62,000 nucleotides of DNA from Lama guanicoe. Lineage: Eukaryota. Position 1 is the first letter of the stretch. Each line of letters begins with the position of its first letter. The notes beneath the pieces were generated by a model. The model was not told the origin of the DNA. It worked only from the letters and a program-made list of their open reading frames with translations, and did no database searches. Position numbers and translations under genes: made by a program. Of this stretch, positions 18,132 through 31,743 are shown one piece after another. The stretch lies in the NCBI GenBank assembly GCA_013239625.1, contig MU053334.1, positions 186,001 to 248,000 of the forward strand. Direction: 5' to 3'.

Positions 18132-21100
18132 TCACTTCCTGTAGGACGGACGCCAGGTCAAGGCTTGGGCAGCAGTGCCAGCATGTCACTGCCCACCTGG
18201 CCCAGCAAAGGGCTTGCTCACAAGCCAGGAACCCGCCTGCCACCCCAGGCCCAAAACCCTCACCGGCTACCGCAGAGGAAAAGCAGGTTCTGCACGGCCG
18301 GGACAGTGGAGCTGGCATTTTGGCCGGTGATGAGGTGGCGGTCCAACACAACGTGCACAGCATCAGGCTCACTGGCTGCAGGAGACCCGCGGACACCGGC
18401 CTCAGGCAGTGCCATGTGCTGGGCGTGGCCCCACCCCACTCCCCAGGCCGTGAGCTGCAGGTAGACTCCGGTGGTCAGGGGGTGGGCCGGCCTGCCTGGT
18501 CTCAGGTGCTGGCCCTTGAGGTCCACTGGACACGGCTCCAGAAGGCTGGCCCGGCCGGGCTGATCGCAGGCTGCGGCTGCAGCCCCTGCCCATCGCCACC
18601 CCTAAGTGCCCACCCAGCTCACCACTGAAGCAGGCGCCTGCGTCCTTCACGAAGTCCTCCACAATGAGGGGCAGGTGGGCAAAGCCGGGGGCCCTGACGA
18701 GCTCGTACACGGAGGGCTGTGGGGGAAGGGGTGTTGCCCCAGGTCAGGTAAGTCCCAACCGGGTACAGGGCATGTGAGGGGTCACAGCCGGGATCTCCCC
18801 CAGGGGCCGCACAAGCAGACAGGGAGCCCCTGCTCCAGAACCACCGGCTAGGCCAGCCTCGGTCCTCTCCCTGCAGACCCTCCCCCAGGACCCACCCCCA
18901 GGACCCTTCCTCTGCTCCCTGTCCAGTCAGGTCCTCCACCTAGAAAAGGAGTAATACACCCAACAGGCACCTCAGAAGGGCGGGAACGGCCCCTGCTCCT
19001 CGCCACTCCCCCAACCCTGTGCTGGAATTCTCCACAGCCCCACCTGAGCAGTGACCAGTGCCCCCACCAGAGGGACCCCCAGCTGGTCCCCGGCCTGTCC
19101 TCATGCTTCCAGGCACAGGGACAGGTCTGTCCATGCCTGTCACCGCCAGGGCCCCTGCAGTGCACTCACCCCCGTGACGCTGTAGCCTTGGAACACCCAT
19201 GACCTGTTCTCGGTGGTGGCACAGCAGAGTGCGGCGACGCCGTGGCCCACAGCGCAGATAGGCTCTGAAAGCAGGGGAGACACTGGGCCTCAGGCCGCCC
19301 AGCCCCCAGCACCCCCCACCCCCCACCCTCCCTTTCCACTGCCCAGACACGTCTCAGAACTGGGACTGTTTCGGTGACCTAGAAACAGACAGCGAGGAGT
19401 AAGGTGAGTGCTGGGGTCCGCTGGTCAAACTTGGAGCGCTCCCACCCTCTTCCCTCAGCACTGCCTGCACGGCTCCAGGCTCAGATGTGGCCTGAGGATG
19501 GATGTCAAACGGCACAACTGTCACGGTGTGGCAGCCCACCTGGGACCCTTCCTCCTTCTCTGAATGCAAGGGAAGCCTCTGTGCTGGGGGAAGGTGCCCA
19601 GCCCCAGTCTTGCCCCTCACGGCCACTGGAGGCAATACCCCCTCCCGCTGAGCAGTCACCCTGGCTCAGAGCCTTCCTCTTAGAAGGCAGCCTGGCACCA
19701 GAGCGTTCCCACGGCTGAGGTGGCCAGGAACAATTGACGCCTGTCCAGACCCTGCTGGGGACAGGAGGCCCCATTCCCACCAACAAAGGCCGCTGTGTGG
19801 AGCCCCTGGCTGTCTGCTGAACCCTAATAAGCACCCACCCCCACCCAACGGACTTGTCCAGCACAGCCCGGCGTCCCCACAGAGCAGACTCTCCCAGCCG
19901 CCACTGGCTTGAACCCCAAGCCCCACCAGGAGCAAAGCCAGCATCCTGCCCACCCACCTCGGAGGGGCCAGGGAAGGGGGGGCCATCTGCAGCCACCAGC
20001 CCGAGGGAGACAGGCAGAGGGACCATGGGGGCAGCGACCTGATGGGCACAAAGTCAGGGAGAGGGAATGCCCTGCCCACGTGTGTGCACACACAGAGTAA
20101 ACCTGCCCACTCACTGGTCAGAGGCTCTTCACATCTGCCGTCAGGGAATTTCCAGCACCAAAACCTGAACCCCACACTCCATGGCCACCACTGCCCACAC
20201 CCCTCATTGGTGTGGCCCACCCCTCCTTCCTGTGGGGAGAGCCCCATTTTTCATCAACCTGTAGAACCACCCCAAGTCCAGCTCCAAGGGCCACCTACTG
20301 CTCTCGCCGTGGAAATGCTGCAGGATCCGAGCCAGGGACCCACTGCTGGCCAGGTCAGACAGGGCCCCAGGACAGCTGGGAATCAGGAGGGCATGGTACC
20401 GGGCACCTGGCAGGAGACCACAGGCCAGTCAGTCACAGAGAGAGAGGTCCCCGGCCAGGGTCTGGTCCTGCACAGTGACCAGCCAGGCTCCTCTCTGCTC
20501 CTGCTGGCCAGATGTCATCATTTGTCACTTTTCCCCACATAAGCAAAGGTTCCTGAGGGCCATGAGCCACCTCCATGCCCCCACCTCTCTCCCCGAGGCC
20601 AAGCTCAGGAACTCTGGCCACAGGCTACAGGACTGGACACTGCCTTGGCAGGTCACAGAACTTGGTGGCAAGCCCCTGGGTGCTCCAGGAACAGAGCGAG
20701 AGAGTGCTCTGGGGCCACGAACCCCGCGGGAGCCCCACACGCACCCCAACGCTCACCGTCGATGGACTCGAGCTTGGCGGGGCTGGCGTAGGCCTTGAGG
20801 CGGAAGTCCTGCACCCAGCGGGCGTTGCTCTCATTCACGTCAACAAAGTCCATGGTCTTCCCCTGCAGAGCCCAGAGGCCAAGGGTCAGCACCAGACACC
20901 GCACGCTGGTGAGCACAGACCCGAGCAAATGCCGACTAGTCCCTCAGGACAGCCCTGCCCCTCACCAGGCCTCACCGCCCCCACCACCTGCCCCTGGTTC
21001 TCCGTCTCCCGCCTATGAAGCAGCAGCAAGTGTCCCATCCACCTCAGAGGTGACACTGGAAGCATCCAGGGTCACCACTATGACCAAGCCCCACACCATC

Positions 21101-23103
21101 GAGGGTCAAGAAGTCCTCCTGATGGACCGTCTGTGCTACCCTCACTCACGAGTGGAGAGATGCCGAACACACACTATCAAAGATCTCAGAGCCCAGAAAG
21201 TGAGGACCAGAACTTGACGGTACCCCTCAGCCCAAGCTGGCTCCTTCCTTGGGTGGTCACAGTGTTTGGTGGCAAGCCCTCAAGGGCTCACACCAGCCTT
21301 GGGCTCCCTGCTCCTCCCAGGGAGTGACAGCACTCTCCTGGCCAAGTCCCCAGAGAGGGAGGGACCCTGCTCGACCACTCTAAGAGGGTGGCTGGACTTA
21401 CCCCAGGGGTGGCCACCTGCAGGTTGAAGGCACCGCTGGCCAGAGTGAAGCAGTGGAGGAAGGACTGGGCCGACACACCTGCAAGGAGAGCGCATCCCCG
21501 GTGGGTGCAGGGCGCCACAGCCCCACTCCCGGCCCAGACGGCCCTGAGGAGCAGCCTCTTACCCCACCTCACCCAGGGTCTCCTCTCACATCCCTGGGGT
21601 TAGCAACCCTAGCCCACTGGCCCGTCATCCCCTGAGGCGGGCTCTCCCCCCAGCCCGAAGGCAAACCCAAATGTGAGGTTCTCTAACACTCAATTCATCC
21701 ACTCACTGAACCACCAGGGACTGAGCCCCCACCCCCCACACACATGAGTGGAGCCACCGAGGTGGGGCTACAGCCAGGGTCAGCAGGAAGGTGGGTGTAG
21801 CCGGACTCCTCCGCACAGGCCAGCACCTGGCCCTACCCTTGCCAGCGGACACTCCGCTCCTGGATCCTGCCCATCTCCCCATCCCCAGCGCTGTATCCAG
21901 TCCTCTTCTGCCCATGCCCAGTCCACAGGGCTCCTGGGAGCTGAGGCCCCACCAGAGACGCCTACTTCTAAAGGGACTTGATCTGCGTTCTTCTACAGTT
22001 ATTTTAACCGAGAGACCCGGTCCCTAAGCCTCGCTTTCATCTTTATTCACAATTACCAACTAATACACATTCATCATAAAGAGTCATATGTTGCACAGTC
22101 TCCCCATTTCTGCCCTCCCCGCCCCCGAACCCTCTCACCAGCACCCGCTTCACCCCAGGGTCCCCTGAAGGGTCTCTGGAGGGCCCACTCGTCCAGCCCA
22201 CAGAGCTTAGTGGCCTTTTCAGAGCTGTGCCCCGACCGGATGTCCTCAGCATCCCTTCCCCACGGCACAGCCAGGCCAATGCTACCTCTCCTCGCCCTTT
22301 ACCCTGCTCCAAAACCCCCAGCCTACCTCTTTAGAACTGAACCCCACTCTCAGAGGCTCACTCTCGAACTCTCCACGCAGGGAGTGGGCGTTCCTCAGGT
22401 CCTCCATCCCTCATTCTGGGCCCACCGCTCGGGGCCCTGGGGCTCAGCACACTGACCCCATGACCCGCAGTCCCCTCTGCCTCGCCCACTTGGGCAGCTA
22501 CAGAAGTCAAGAGGGAGACAGGCCCCAGAGGCGGACCCTAGGTCCCAGCCCTGTCTCTCCACCTCCCCGCGGTTCGACCGCGGGCTCATCACTTCCCTCG
22601 GAGCCAGAGGAGGCACAGAGAGGCTCCGGTAAGCGCTCGTGACAGTACCAGGCGCCCTCATCTGTTCACCCTTCCGGGCTGGCCCTGAGCACCCCGAGGA
22701 CCCGACCGAGAAACAGTGCGAGCGACGCGGGCCCCCGAGCTCTCCCGGCGCCGCTGCCACGGCAGGGCGAGGGCTGCTCTACCCTCGCCGTCTCCCGGCC
22801 CGCCGGACAGTCCCTTCTCCAGCCCTCCTCGCCGGGCCGCGCGCCAGGCCGGCCCCGCCTGCCCAGAACACCCGCCGCCCGGCGCACCGCCCCGGCCGCC
22901 CCGCGTGCCTGAGGGCAGCGGCCCGGCGCACTGACCTGGCCCCGTCTCCACAGAAGCCGAGCCCAGGCGGAAGCGCTCGCGGCGGGCGGCCCCCGGCCCC
23001 GGCGCCCGCCCCGCCCGCCCTCCCCTCCGCGAGCCTCACCTTCCGCGGCGCCGCTGGCCACGAGGAGGCAGGCGGGCCGGCTCGGGAGCCGCTCGGATGC
23101 CAT
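18132..23103 (-). CDS. GATD1: Glutamine amidotransferase-like class 1 domain-containing 1 (DJ-1/PfpI superfamily, PDDC1), 220 aa, 8 coding exons
   Basis: Exons 23040-23103, 21402-21478, 20757-20862, 20299-20406, 19170-19264, 18623-18716, 18264-18375, 18132-18138 total 663 nt: [32 protein letters not shown]...[15 protein letters not shown]...[11 protein letters not shown]. Confidence 0.97.
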
Positions 23104-23500
23104 GGTCTCTGGGGCAGCCGGCGAGGCCTGCGCGTGCGCGGAGTGTGCGTGCGTGCGTGCGCGCGCGCGCGCGCGCGGCCAGGGGACGCGGTCACGTGCC
23201 GCGGCAGCCTGGGGGCGGGGCCTGCGCTGCGCCGGACGCCCGAGCCGCCCCTCCGGCCCCGCCCCGCCCTGCCTTTCTTTCCCGCGTGAGTCAGGGTTCG
23301 AGTCCGCCCGGCTTCGCTGCGTCCCCATGCCCCTGCCCCCACACTCTGCCCTTGGCCCCGGCGCATCTGCACAGGGGCCTGAGGTTAGCCGCAGGACCTC
23401 AGGGGAGGCCCCGAGGGTCTTCCTGGGCCACAATCCTCAGCAGCCCTGAGCAGACCCCTGGCCCGACTCCTACTCGCGGCTGGGAACATACTTTCTTCCC
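22550..23500. promoter_or_regulatory. CpG island / GATD1 promoter (NRF1-like GCGC tract, GTCACGTG E-box, GC boxes)
   Basis: CpG-dense; alternating GC/GT tract about 23129-23176; GTCACGTG at 23191-23198; GGGGCGGGG about 23212-23220. Confidence 0.85.
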
Positions 23501-26500
23501 CTTCGCTCGTCCCTTACTCTGGCCAGGAAACAGCTGGGGCGGAAGTGTGACTCAGGAGAGAAAACCATGCCCCGTGGACGGGTGTCTCTTTTCACGGATG
23601 AGGGTCCGCCCTCCCCGTGAATCAAGGTCCCTTCCTGTGAATGAAGGTCCCCTGCCTGTGCATTTAGGTTGCCTACACCGCGGATGGGTAGAAGTTCCTC
23701 CCCGTGGATTTGGGCATTTAATATTCCGTCGCTGAGAGCCACCTGTGTCTCCCTCCATGCTGACACTGGGGCCACAAGATGGAATGCCAGAGGCAAAGTG
23801 CTCTGCTAGTGGGGCTTGTGTCCTGGGTGTAGGGCTGGACCTTGGATCCAGAAGGTGACAGCACTGTTCGTCAGCTGGTGAGAAGAGCAATCGGGGTGGG
23901 CCAGGGGGACAGGGAAAGGAGGGTCTCGCAAGGGTGGGAGAGGCTGGGAGCTACACGGAAATGGTGGGGGCATGTCTGAAGGGGTAAAGGCTTGAAAGAA
24001 GAGCTGGCCGAGCCACATGGCTCCAGGCAGGGGAGTGGGCCTGTGCTGGTGGGTCCCTGTGAGGGTGAGGGTGGGAGCCCAGAGGGCAAGAAGTGGTCCA
24101 AAGAGGTGGAGGTGGAGTGGATGATTGTAAGGGCACAGAAGTATCCAGGGTCTCTGGGGTTCAGCTGAGTCTCTGGAAGAATGCTGGTGTCACTTCCTGC
24201 GATGGGGATGCCTCAGGGGTGCTGAGTTCAGAGGAAAAATCAAGATGCCACTGGGCAGAGCTGCATTTGAAGGAGTTTTTCCACAGGAGAGCAAGGGGGC
24301 AGTCAGGTGGGGGTATACATGTGGGTCTTTAGGGACTGGCTGGAGAGAAGGGAGGCCTGTGGAGGAGCTTGGGCACAGGCTGGTGGTTAGGAGGGCTGGC
24401 GCTGCCCCTTGGCCCCACAGGTCACCCTCTAGTCCCTGCTCCAATGTAGAGGGGCAGCTGCTGCAGAAATCCTTGTCATGGGTGGAAACTGCCAAAGTGG
24501 GCGAGTCTAGGCCAAGGTGCTCCTCCTGGGCACCCCCTCCCTACACAACCATTAGCTCTGCCCTCTGCCCACCCTGTCCCCTGCTTCCAGGGGCCCTGAC
24601 CACCAGCAGCACAGTCAGGAGCACCCGCTCCTCACCCACAGGCAGTGCCTGAGTTGGGTGTGGGTGGGATTTGGATGGAGACCTGCACAGGAGAGCTTTC
24701 TAGGTCCATGAGTGTCAGACCCAAGCATTGGAGGGGCCAGGCTGAGTTGGGGCCATGGGGTCCCCCTGCTGGTCCAGCCCCACCTGCACCACGCCAGGGC
24801 ATCCGAGCCAGCCACCGGTGCTGGACAGAAGGTAGGGAAGAGCCCGGTGTCCAAGAGCCTCCTTGCCTCCACCCAGCGCGCAGGGACATCTGACGTCCAG
24901 TCATTTCTGTCTCTAAGGAAGAGGAGGGAGGAGGAAGCCGGGGCCATGACACTGCAGCGAGGCTAGTGTGTGGCAGGCAGGATGCTCCAGGTGCACACCC
25001 GGGGTCCAGGCTGGGGGGCTGACCTCCAAGTCCAGGATCTCGGGTCCAGGTCTCCCACATACACATGACCCCAAGCCCAGTCCAGGGCAGCCTGTGAGGC
25101 ACAGGTCCCACGTGGCATTTGGAGCTGGGGTAGGCAGACTGCACAGGGCCTCACGACCAGAATCCTCGTTCTGGGCTTGCCAGTGACCAGCCTCTCAATG
25201 TCTGCCCCTGTGTGCTGTGGTGAGGACACAGACAGGAGGACTCCCAAGGACCTGTCCTGGTGATTAGGATGCCCACAGGGATTGTATTCTTCCTGAGTGA
25301 GTTCCCATTCTGGGGGTCAGCCCCCTGCCCCTCATACCCTCATCCCAGCGGATGAGGAGGGGCATATCACTGAGGCCTGGCCATAACCTGGGCCAGGTGT
25401 CAGAGCACACCTGGGCATGGCGGTGGCTGCTATGACAGGCGGATCCTCCTCCCAGGGCAGAGTGCAGGAGGGCCTGGGGACCAGATGGGTGTGCAGCTGG
25501 CAGTCTAGGCCCAGGTGACTGTCTCCTGGGCAGAATCTAGACATGAGGGGAAGAGGCTCCCCTTCCCTGTTGTGCTGAGCCTCCCTCGAGAGCCCTGGCC
25601 CAGGGTCACGCCCGAGGTGTGGGCTTACCCAGCTTCCCTGGGCATCGTCTACCTGCTCTTCAGGTGCCTCATCCTCCAATAGTGAGTGTCCGCGTGGGGC
25701 CGGTGAAGGTGGGGGGGCACGGGGGCTCTCTTGCTGGGGGTTGTGACGCTCTTGAACCTGGGCTTCTGCATTTGTTTAGGACCCCGAGGCACAAGATACA
25801 TGGAGATCACTGGTCCTGTTGTCCTGCACTGATGTTTCATTCCTACCTCTGCTTACGCTTGACGCCAAGGATGGGTGAGTGGGCGAGTGTCCTGCGGGAC
25901 TTTCTGCCCTGTGGGGCTGGCCGTTGCCTCAGGTCACCCCTGCTTCCTCCCCTGGCAACTTTCTGGAGCATGTCTGAGCCTTTCCCTAGGAGCCTTTGCC
26001 CTTGCTATTCCTCCCTCTGAAATGCTGGAGCTCCTTGCTGCCTGCCAAACTCCTAACCGTCCCTCAAAACCCAGGGGCCCAAGGCACTGTCTACCCTGTA
26101 CTTTCTTTGGGAAAACACCCCCCACAGGATTGCACTGAGTGTCCTTTGTTCGTTCAGCCTGACTGCCGGATGGGCCTCACATACAGGGGCTTGGGACTGG
26201 GGTTCTCCAGGGTGAGCGTGTCATAGGAAGCCCATTACCCAGGCTGCCAGCAGATGCGTCCCTCTTCCCATCAGGGCACAGGCTCCTCAGCTCCTGGTTT
26301 GCTTTTGGCCAAGGCTGGGCTGCGTGGGGTCCCGAGACCTAGACCCCAAGCACCTGTGAGTTATGCAGACCCTGCACCAGAAAGCAGAGGGTGGCAGGTG
26401 ACAACCCAGAAAGCATGGGGCTGCTGAGGCCATTGCGGCCAGCTGGAGTGCTGGGCCCTTCTGCCCGGTGAGGGAGGGGGCATCAGCAGTCCTGTTGGGA

Positions 26501-27639
26501 GGGTAGAGCAGCCGGTACCACTGCCCACAGGTTGCTGGGGCCTGGCCAGAAGATGTCAGACAGGTGGGCAGGCAATGGTGCTTTGTGGCCTGGAGTGGGG
26601 TGATATGATATGGAGACAGGCTCTGTCCCAGGCTGGCCCAGCCCAATGTCCATCAGGACAGGAGCAGCGGATGCCCGGGAGGACCCAGAGGAGGGTCGGA
26701 ACGGGGTTCCCCCCAAACACACCTCCGGGGACCACTGGGCTGGAGAGAGGCTGACTTCCACCCAGGCTTTGCTCCCACGTGCCAGGGGTGGGTCACAGGA
26801 GGTCACCTCAGCGCTCTCTGCAGCACCATGGGCGTAAGCCTCTCTCCTGCCGGGGCAGGTCCCCAGTGCTGGAGAGCAGGAGCTGGCAGTGCACCTCGCT
26901 CCGTTCAACCCTCCGATAGCCGGCACCAGCTCTGCGGGTCAGACACTAGACAGGAGGTCCAGGCACGCTGGGACCAGTCGCTGGGACACAGACAGCCTCT
27001 GCCTGCCTGGGCCTGGGACCTCCTTGAGGCCTGGGAGCTGCGGGCCCAGGACAGGGGGCACTGAAGGCCTGACTCAGCAGCCACGGAGAGGGAGGGTCTG
27101 GAGCAGTGAGTCACCGGCCACCTCCGCCCTCCCCAGGTCTTAGTCACTCTGCCCTGATGGAGGAAGAGAGGCTCTGGAAGCCCCTACCTGGCTGTGCCCC
27201 TGTCTGGGGAGGGCGGATCCTGAGGCACTGGCCAGCCCTCCCCACCACTGCACCAAGAATGCATTTCAGGGTAGGGGTCCCCAAAGGGGAGTTAGGCACT
27301 CTTAGGGGAAGAAGGGTGCTAGGGAGGAAAGCCAGCTGGGCCCCTCTGCATCCCTGTAAGGTGATCCCACGTGAGCGCAACACAGCCCGGCAGCATCCTC
27401 AGTGCCCAGCCATGGGCACGCCTGCCCCTGGGGCTGCTGCCGCCCATCCGAGGTCCCCGTTTTTCAGATGTCCTTGTAAGTCTGAGGGGAATTTACGGTG
27501 TGTACTTTTTGGACACTGAATACTTTTTATATCTGGTATTTTTTTTTTGGACATTGAAAATAGTTCTGTCACAAAAGTATATTTAAGCCAACCTTGGGCG
27601 TCCCTGAGAGTGTTTTTGTTTTTTCCACTTTGGAGGCCC

Positions 27640-29063
27640 CCCTGCGTTACTCAAGCCTGGGGATGCTATGAACCAGAGGCTGAGAGTCAGAACTCACACG
27701 GGGTCCCAGGGACCTCGGCTAACCAGTCTGACTGAGCCTTCCCCGTGGAGGGGACGCTGGTGACTCGAACTCATAAGAGATGGAGAAACGGGAGCTCATT
27801 GCAATGTGATATCACAAAACTGCAGTGTGGCCTTGTGTCAGGTGCAGGCAGGCCCAGGACAGGCCCTGGCTGTGGAGGAGGAACCGCAGGGGACAGCATC
27901 ACTGTGGGGTCAGGGGGACCATCCATTTCTCGAGGCTGGGCTATCGCTTCTGCTAGTGGGAAGGAGACAACATGAATTTTGCAGCTTCCTCCACAGAAAA
28001 CCTAAAGTCCAGGTGGATTAAAGGCCTAAATTCGAGTAAATTGCAAGAATGTCAGACTAGCACGAGAAGACTATCCTTGAAACCAAGACCCCAGAAGCTT
28101 GGTGGTAAAGGGAGCAGCTGAGGTTTTGGAACTTCTGGACTCAGGAAACAGAGTGAGAGGCAAGGCAGCCAGCAAATGAAGACACGTGCAGGTCGGCAAA
28201 GGCTTGGAATACAAAACACAGACAGGCATCCTCCGGTAAATGAGGAGAAGGCATCCCATCAATAGAAAAATGGACAAATGGCACCACCAGGAAAAATCAC
28301 AAGAGGCAAGCCCCAGATGGCCGGGAACCTGGCAAGCAGTAGCAGTCGGACCAGTGCAAAGGGAAACCACCAGGAGTGGCCAGCTTGCCCCGTTCGGCCT
28401 GCAGAGCCTTGGGTGCTTCGCCGCTCCTGGTCACTGGGCGAGGGCAGCGCTGCTCTCATGGCCAGCCCGTGGCACAAGACCGAGCGGCAGAGTGTAGGAC
28501 GCACACCCGGCGTGGCCCAGCCATCCACCTTCGGGTGTGTCCCAGAGAGGGTGGGTGCAGGGTCCCAGGTGTATGCACACCCGTGTTCACGGCAGCGTTA
28601 CAACAGCCAACAGGTGGAGCCAGCCCAGTGTCCGTCAGTGGATGGGTGGATCCACAAAACGTGGTCCATCCACACAGTGGGATGCGATTCAGCCTTCAAG
28701 GGAGGGAAATCCTGACACGGCTACAACATGGATGAACCCTGGCGACGTGATGCTCAGTGAAATAAGCCAGACAGAAGGACACGTGCTGTCTTGATTCTAT
28801 TCGTACGAGGTCCCTAGAGGAGTCAGACTCATAGAGGCGGGAAGCGGACAGTAGGGACCAGGGGAGGAGAAGGGGGCGGGGAGTGGGTGTTCATGGAGAC
28901 AGAGTGTCAGTTTGGGGAGCTGAGTAGTTTCCAGAGATGGGTGGCGTGATGTTAACACAACAACATGAATGTTCTTAATGCCAACCATCTGTGCACCTGA
29001 GGGGCTGAGATAAAATGGTACGTTGTACGTGATGCACATTTTACCACAATAAAACAAAAAAAA
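27640..29063 (+). mobile_element. Degenerate L1 (ORF2 3' part plus 3'UTR)
   Basis: GTGGATTAAAGGCCTAAA, ACAACATGGATGAACCCT, CTCAGTGAAATAAGCCAGACAGAAGGAC, TTTTACCACAATAAAACAAAAAAA end. Confidence 0.75.
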
Positions 29064-31302
29064 GGTGTGCCTGCAGGATGCCCAGAGACACGGGGTAGGG
29101 GGCAGCGGGGAGGCCAAGGACTTCTGTGACAGCTTTGTCTGAGGCTGCAAACGTCCTGAGACAGCCTCCACATGCTTTAATGGAGAATCGAATCGCGGAG
29201 TAAGACGAAGCAGCATCCTGGGTGGGGCGTCGCAGCGTTGGGAGGGCCTCTCGGGGATGACCACAGAGCCCATTTCAGTCACCTCTGCCCCTCCCCAAGT
29301 CCCCGCAAGTGCCAGGAGTTTTGTTTCCTTTTAAGCTACAGCCACAGAGCAGAGAGAACGGGAGGGGGCACTGGGTGGTAGGAGGCTGGAGGTGGGGGCA
29401 GCCCCTCCCCTTCGGTGGCTGGGCTCAGGGGCAGGAGGCTTGGGTGCGGAGGAGGGGCGGGCTCAGGGCAAGGGCGGCAGGTCTGTTTGGGGTGTGTTCA
29501 CCCCAGGGAAGCTCTCCGGACTGTCTGGGCCTGAAGTGGGCGTGTAGGGACAGGATGTGCCCCTCGGGGAGGTACTGGGAAAAGAAGAGGAAGAGGTGCC
29601 ACATGGCCCCCCACCCCCCAGCTTGAGGAAGCCCAAGGGGAGTGGCCCAGGGTGACAAAGCCTGCAGGGACACTTCTGGAGTCCAGGAGGCCCTGCTACC
29701 CACAAGCCCACGCCCCAGCAGGCTCCTCAGGTGGACACCTGGCCAGAGCAGGCTCAGGGAGCTGTGGGCAGGTGAGAGGAGGAAGCCGTCCCCTTGAGGG
29801 GACTCCGCAGCCCACCCCTGGGGGGCCAGATCACTGTAGAGGGTGGGGCGGAAAGAGCCCCCCAGCAGAAGAGTTCAGCCTGACAAACAAGGTCCCCTTC
29901 CCTGCCCCAAGTCCTTGTGGCTACAGTCCGGCTCGGCCCCCTGCACTGAGGCCGCAGCCTGGGCGCAGGAGTGGGTCCTGCAGCCCCGGGTATCCATCTA
30001 GGGTTGGGGCCAGCAGGGAGGCCCGGCTGTGGCTGTGGGTAGAGCCCACCAGGATCAAGGGCATGGAGGTGGCAGGAGGGGCTGGGAGGGGCACCTGGGG
30101 GTCCCTGCCCCTTCCTGTAAAGCCCTGGGTGTGGATACATGACACCCCCTCCTGGCCGCCTGCAGGTGAGGACCCCAGCCCAGCCTGTAGAGAACAGTTT
30201 ATTTCAAACTCAGCCTCCACTCGGGCCCAGGGTTCCAGTGGCCATTGGCCAGGCAAGGGCCCATCGGGCTCCCACCGTGCCTGCTGCCACTGCCATTGTG
30301 CCATGGGCCAAGCTGGAACGGAGGCACGAGGGCGGGTCTGAGAGCACGCCTCCCTGCAGGCACGATGGGGCCGTGGGCATGGGTGAGGGCCCCCCGCCCG
30401 GCGGCTCTACCCGTGTTACTGCATTTATATGCTTGTGAGACTCCAAGGATGCCGGGTGAGGCAGGAGGGGCCGTCTGTGGGGCCTGGGCAGGCACTGCCG
30501 CCCACCTGCTGGAGTCTCAGCGGCCCCCAGGACGACTGCCACAGCACGGGGAAGGGGCTCAGGGCAGGGACTGTGGGAGCCCAGCCAGAAGGTAGATGTT
30601 GGGAGCCCCTCCCAACATCAGCCTCTGGGCTGTCTATCCACGCAGCCAGGGCACAGGCCACCAGCCAGGTGGTGGTCAGGCTCTGATGATAGGACCACCT
30701 GCCCCAGGTCAGCCGCAGGGGGTCAGGCCCACCCAGATGGATCCCTACCCCCACCCCGCCCCACAGCTGCAAGCAAAGAGCAGAAATGGGGGCAGCACAA
30801 CAACCACACCTTTAATGTCCCCGTGTGGGCCGGACCCAGGTCAGAGCCCATCCCAGGCCCCTGCCTAGCCCTGGAGGATGGCCTCCTGAGGACGCTGCTG
30901 CCGGGACGCCCACAGCACTGCTCGGGCTTCTCAGGACAGGCTGGCACATGTGGGTATGTCCACCGTGGATGGGCGGCCACACTCAGGGGACCTCCCTCCT
31001 CTGCCACCAGGCGCCCCAGTCCAGGCCGAGCCCTCTACCCGTGTCGCTGCTCTGTAACCCCAGCGCCTGGGTGCCTTCCGCTGAGGTTGGGCGGGGGACG
31101 TGCTGGGGGCCGATCAGCCGAGCGGGCTTGGTTTCCACCGCTGGGCGGGTTGGGGGCTGCCCGTTTCTCTCTCCTTCTGTGTGAATCTGGGGGTCTACAA
31201 GTATGCATGTTACGTGTGTAGAGATAGCTGTGTGTGAACTTGGCATGCACTAGATTCCCGAGTCTATACAGGAGTGGCTGTGCCCGACCTGGGTACCAGC
31301 CA

Positions 31303-31743
31303 TCATTTTTTTCGGGCCAGGAAGGCTACACCAAGAATCAGGGCTGCTGCTGCCACAGCCACACCCCCAGCCACAAGCAGGGGTGTCAAGTTCTCGAAAG
31401 GGCAGGGACCTCGGCCCCCGGGACCCCCACTGGGGGCCTCGTCCTCCTCAGCCCCATCCCCAGAGCCCTTGGGCTCAGGGGCTGCATTGGGGCTGCTGGG
31501 GGCCAAGGGGGCTGGCTTCAGGTTGCTGTGGTTGTTGAGAAGGGCAGGGTCTGCCTTGGCCGGGGTCTTCTTGGCAGGTGGTGGGGTGGGGGCCACTGGA
31601 GGCTCCTGCTTCTCCACTGGGGCTTCCTTCTTCCCAGGCTTAGCTGAGGGGGCTTTCCCATCTGCAGCCGGGGGTGCTCTGGCCTCAGCAGCGGCCTTCG
31701 TGTCGGCCTTGGGGCTATTGGCCGACTTCCCTCTGGACTCCAT
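31303..31743 (-). CDS. CEND1: Cell cycle exit and neuronal differentiation protein 1 (BM88), 146 aa, single coding exon
   Basis: [12 protein letters not shown]...[15 protein letters not shown]...[32 protein letters not shown] with a C-terminal tail anchor. Acceptor at 31819-31820; minus-strand AATAAA at 30198-30203. Confidence 0.97.
   Translation of the reverse strand: MESRGKSANSPKADTKAAAEARAPPAADGKAPSAKPGKKEAPVEKQEPPVAPTPPPAKKTPAKADPALLNNHSNLKPAPLAPSSPNAAPEPKGSGDGAEEDEAPSGGPGGRGPCPFENLTPLLVAGGVAVAAAALILGVAFLARKK

Noticed and set aside
19240..19264. GATD1 nucleophile elbow AVGHG lacks the DJ-1/PfpI catalytic Cys
   Set aside because: Same as the recalled human GATD1; a family trait, not a novelty.
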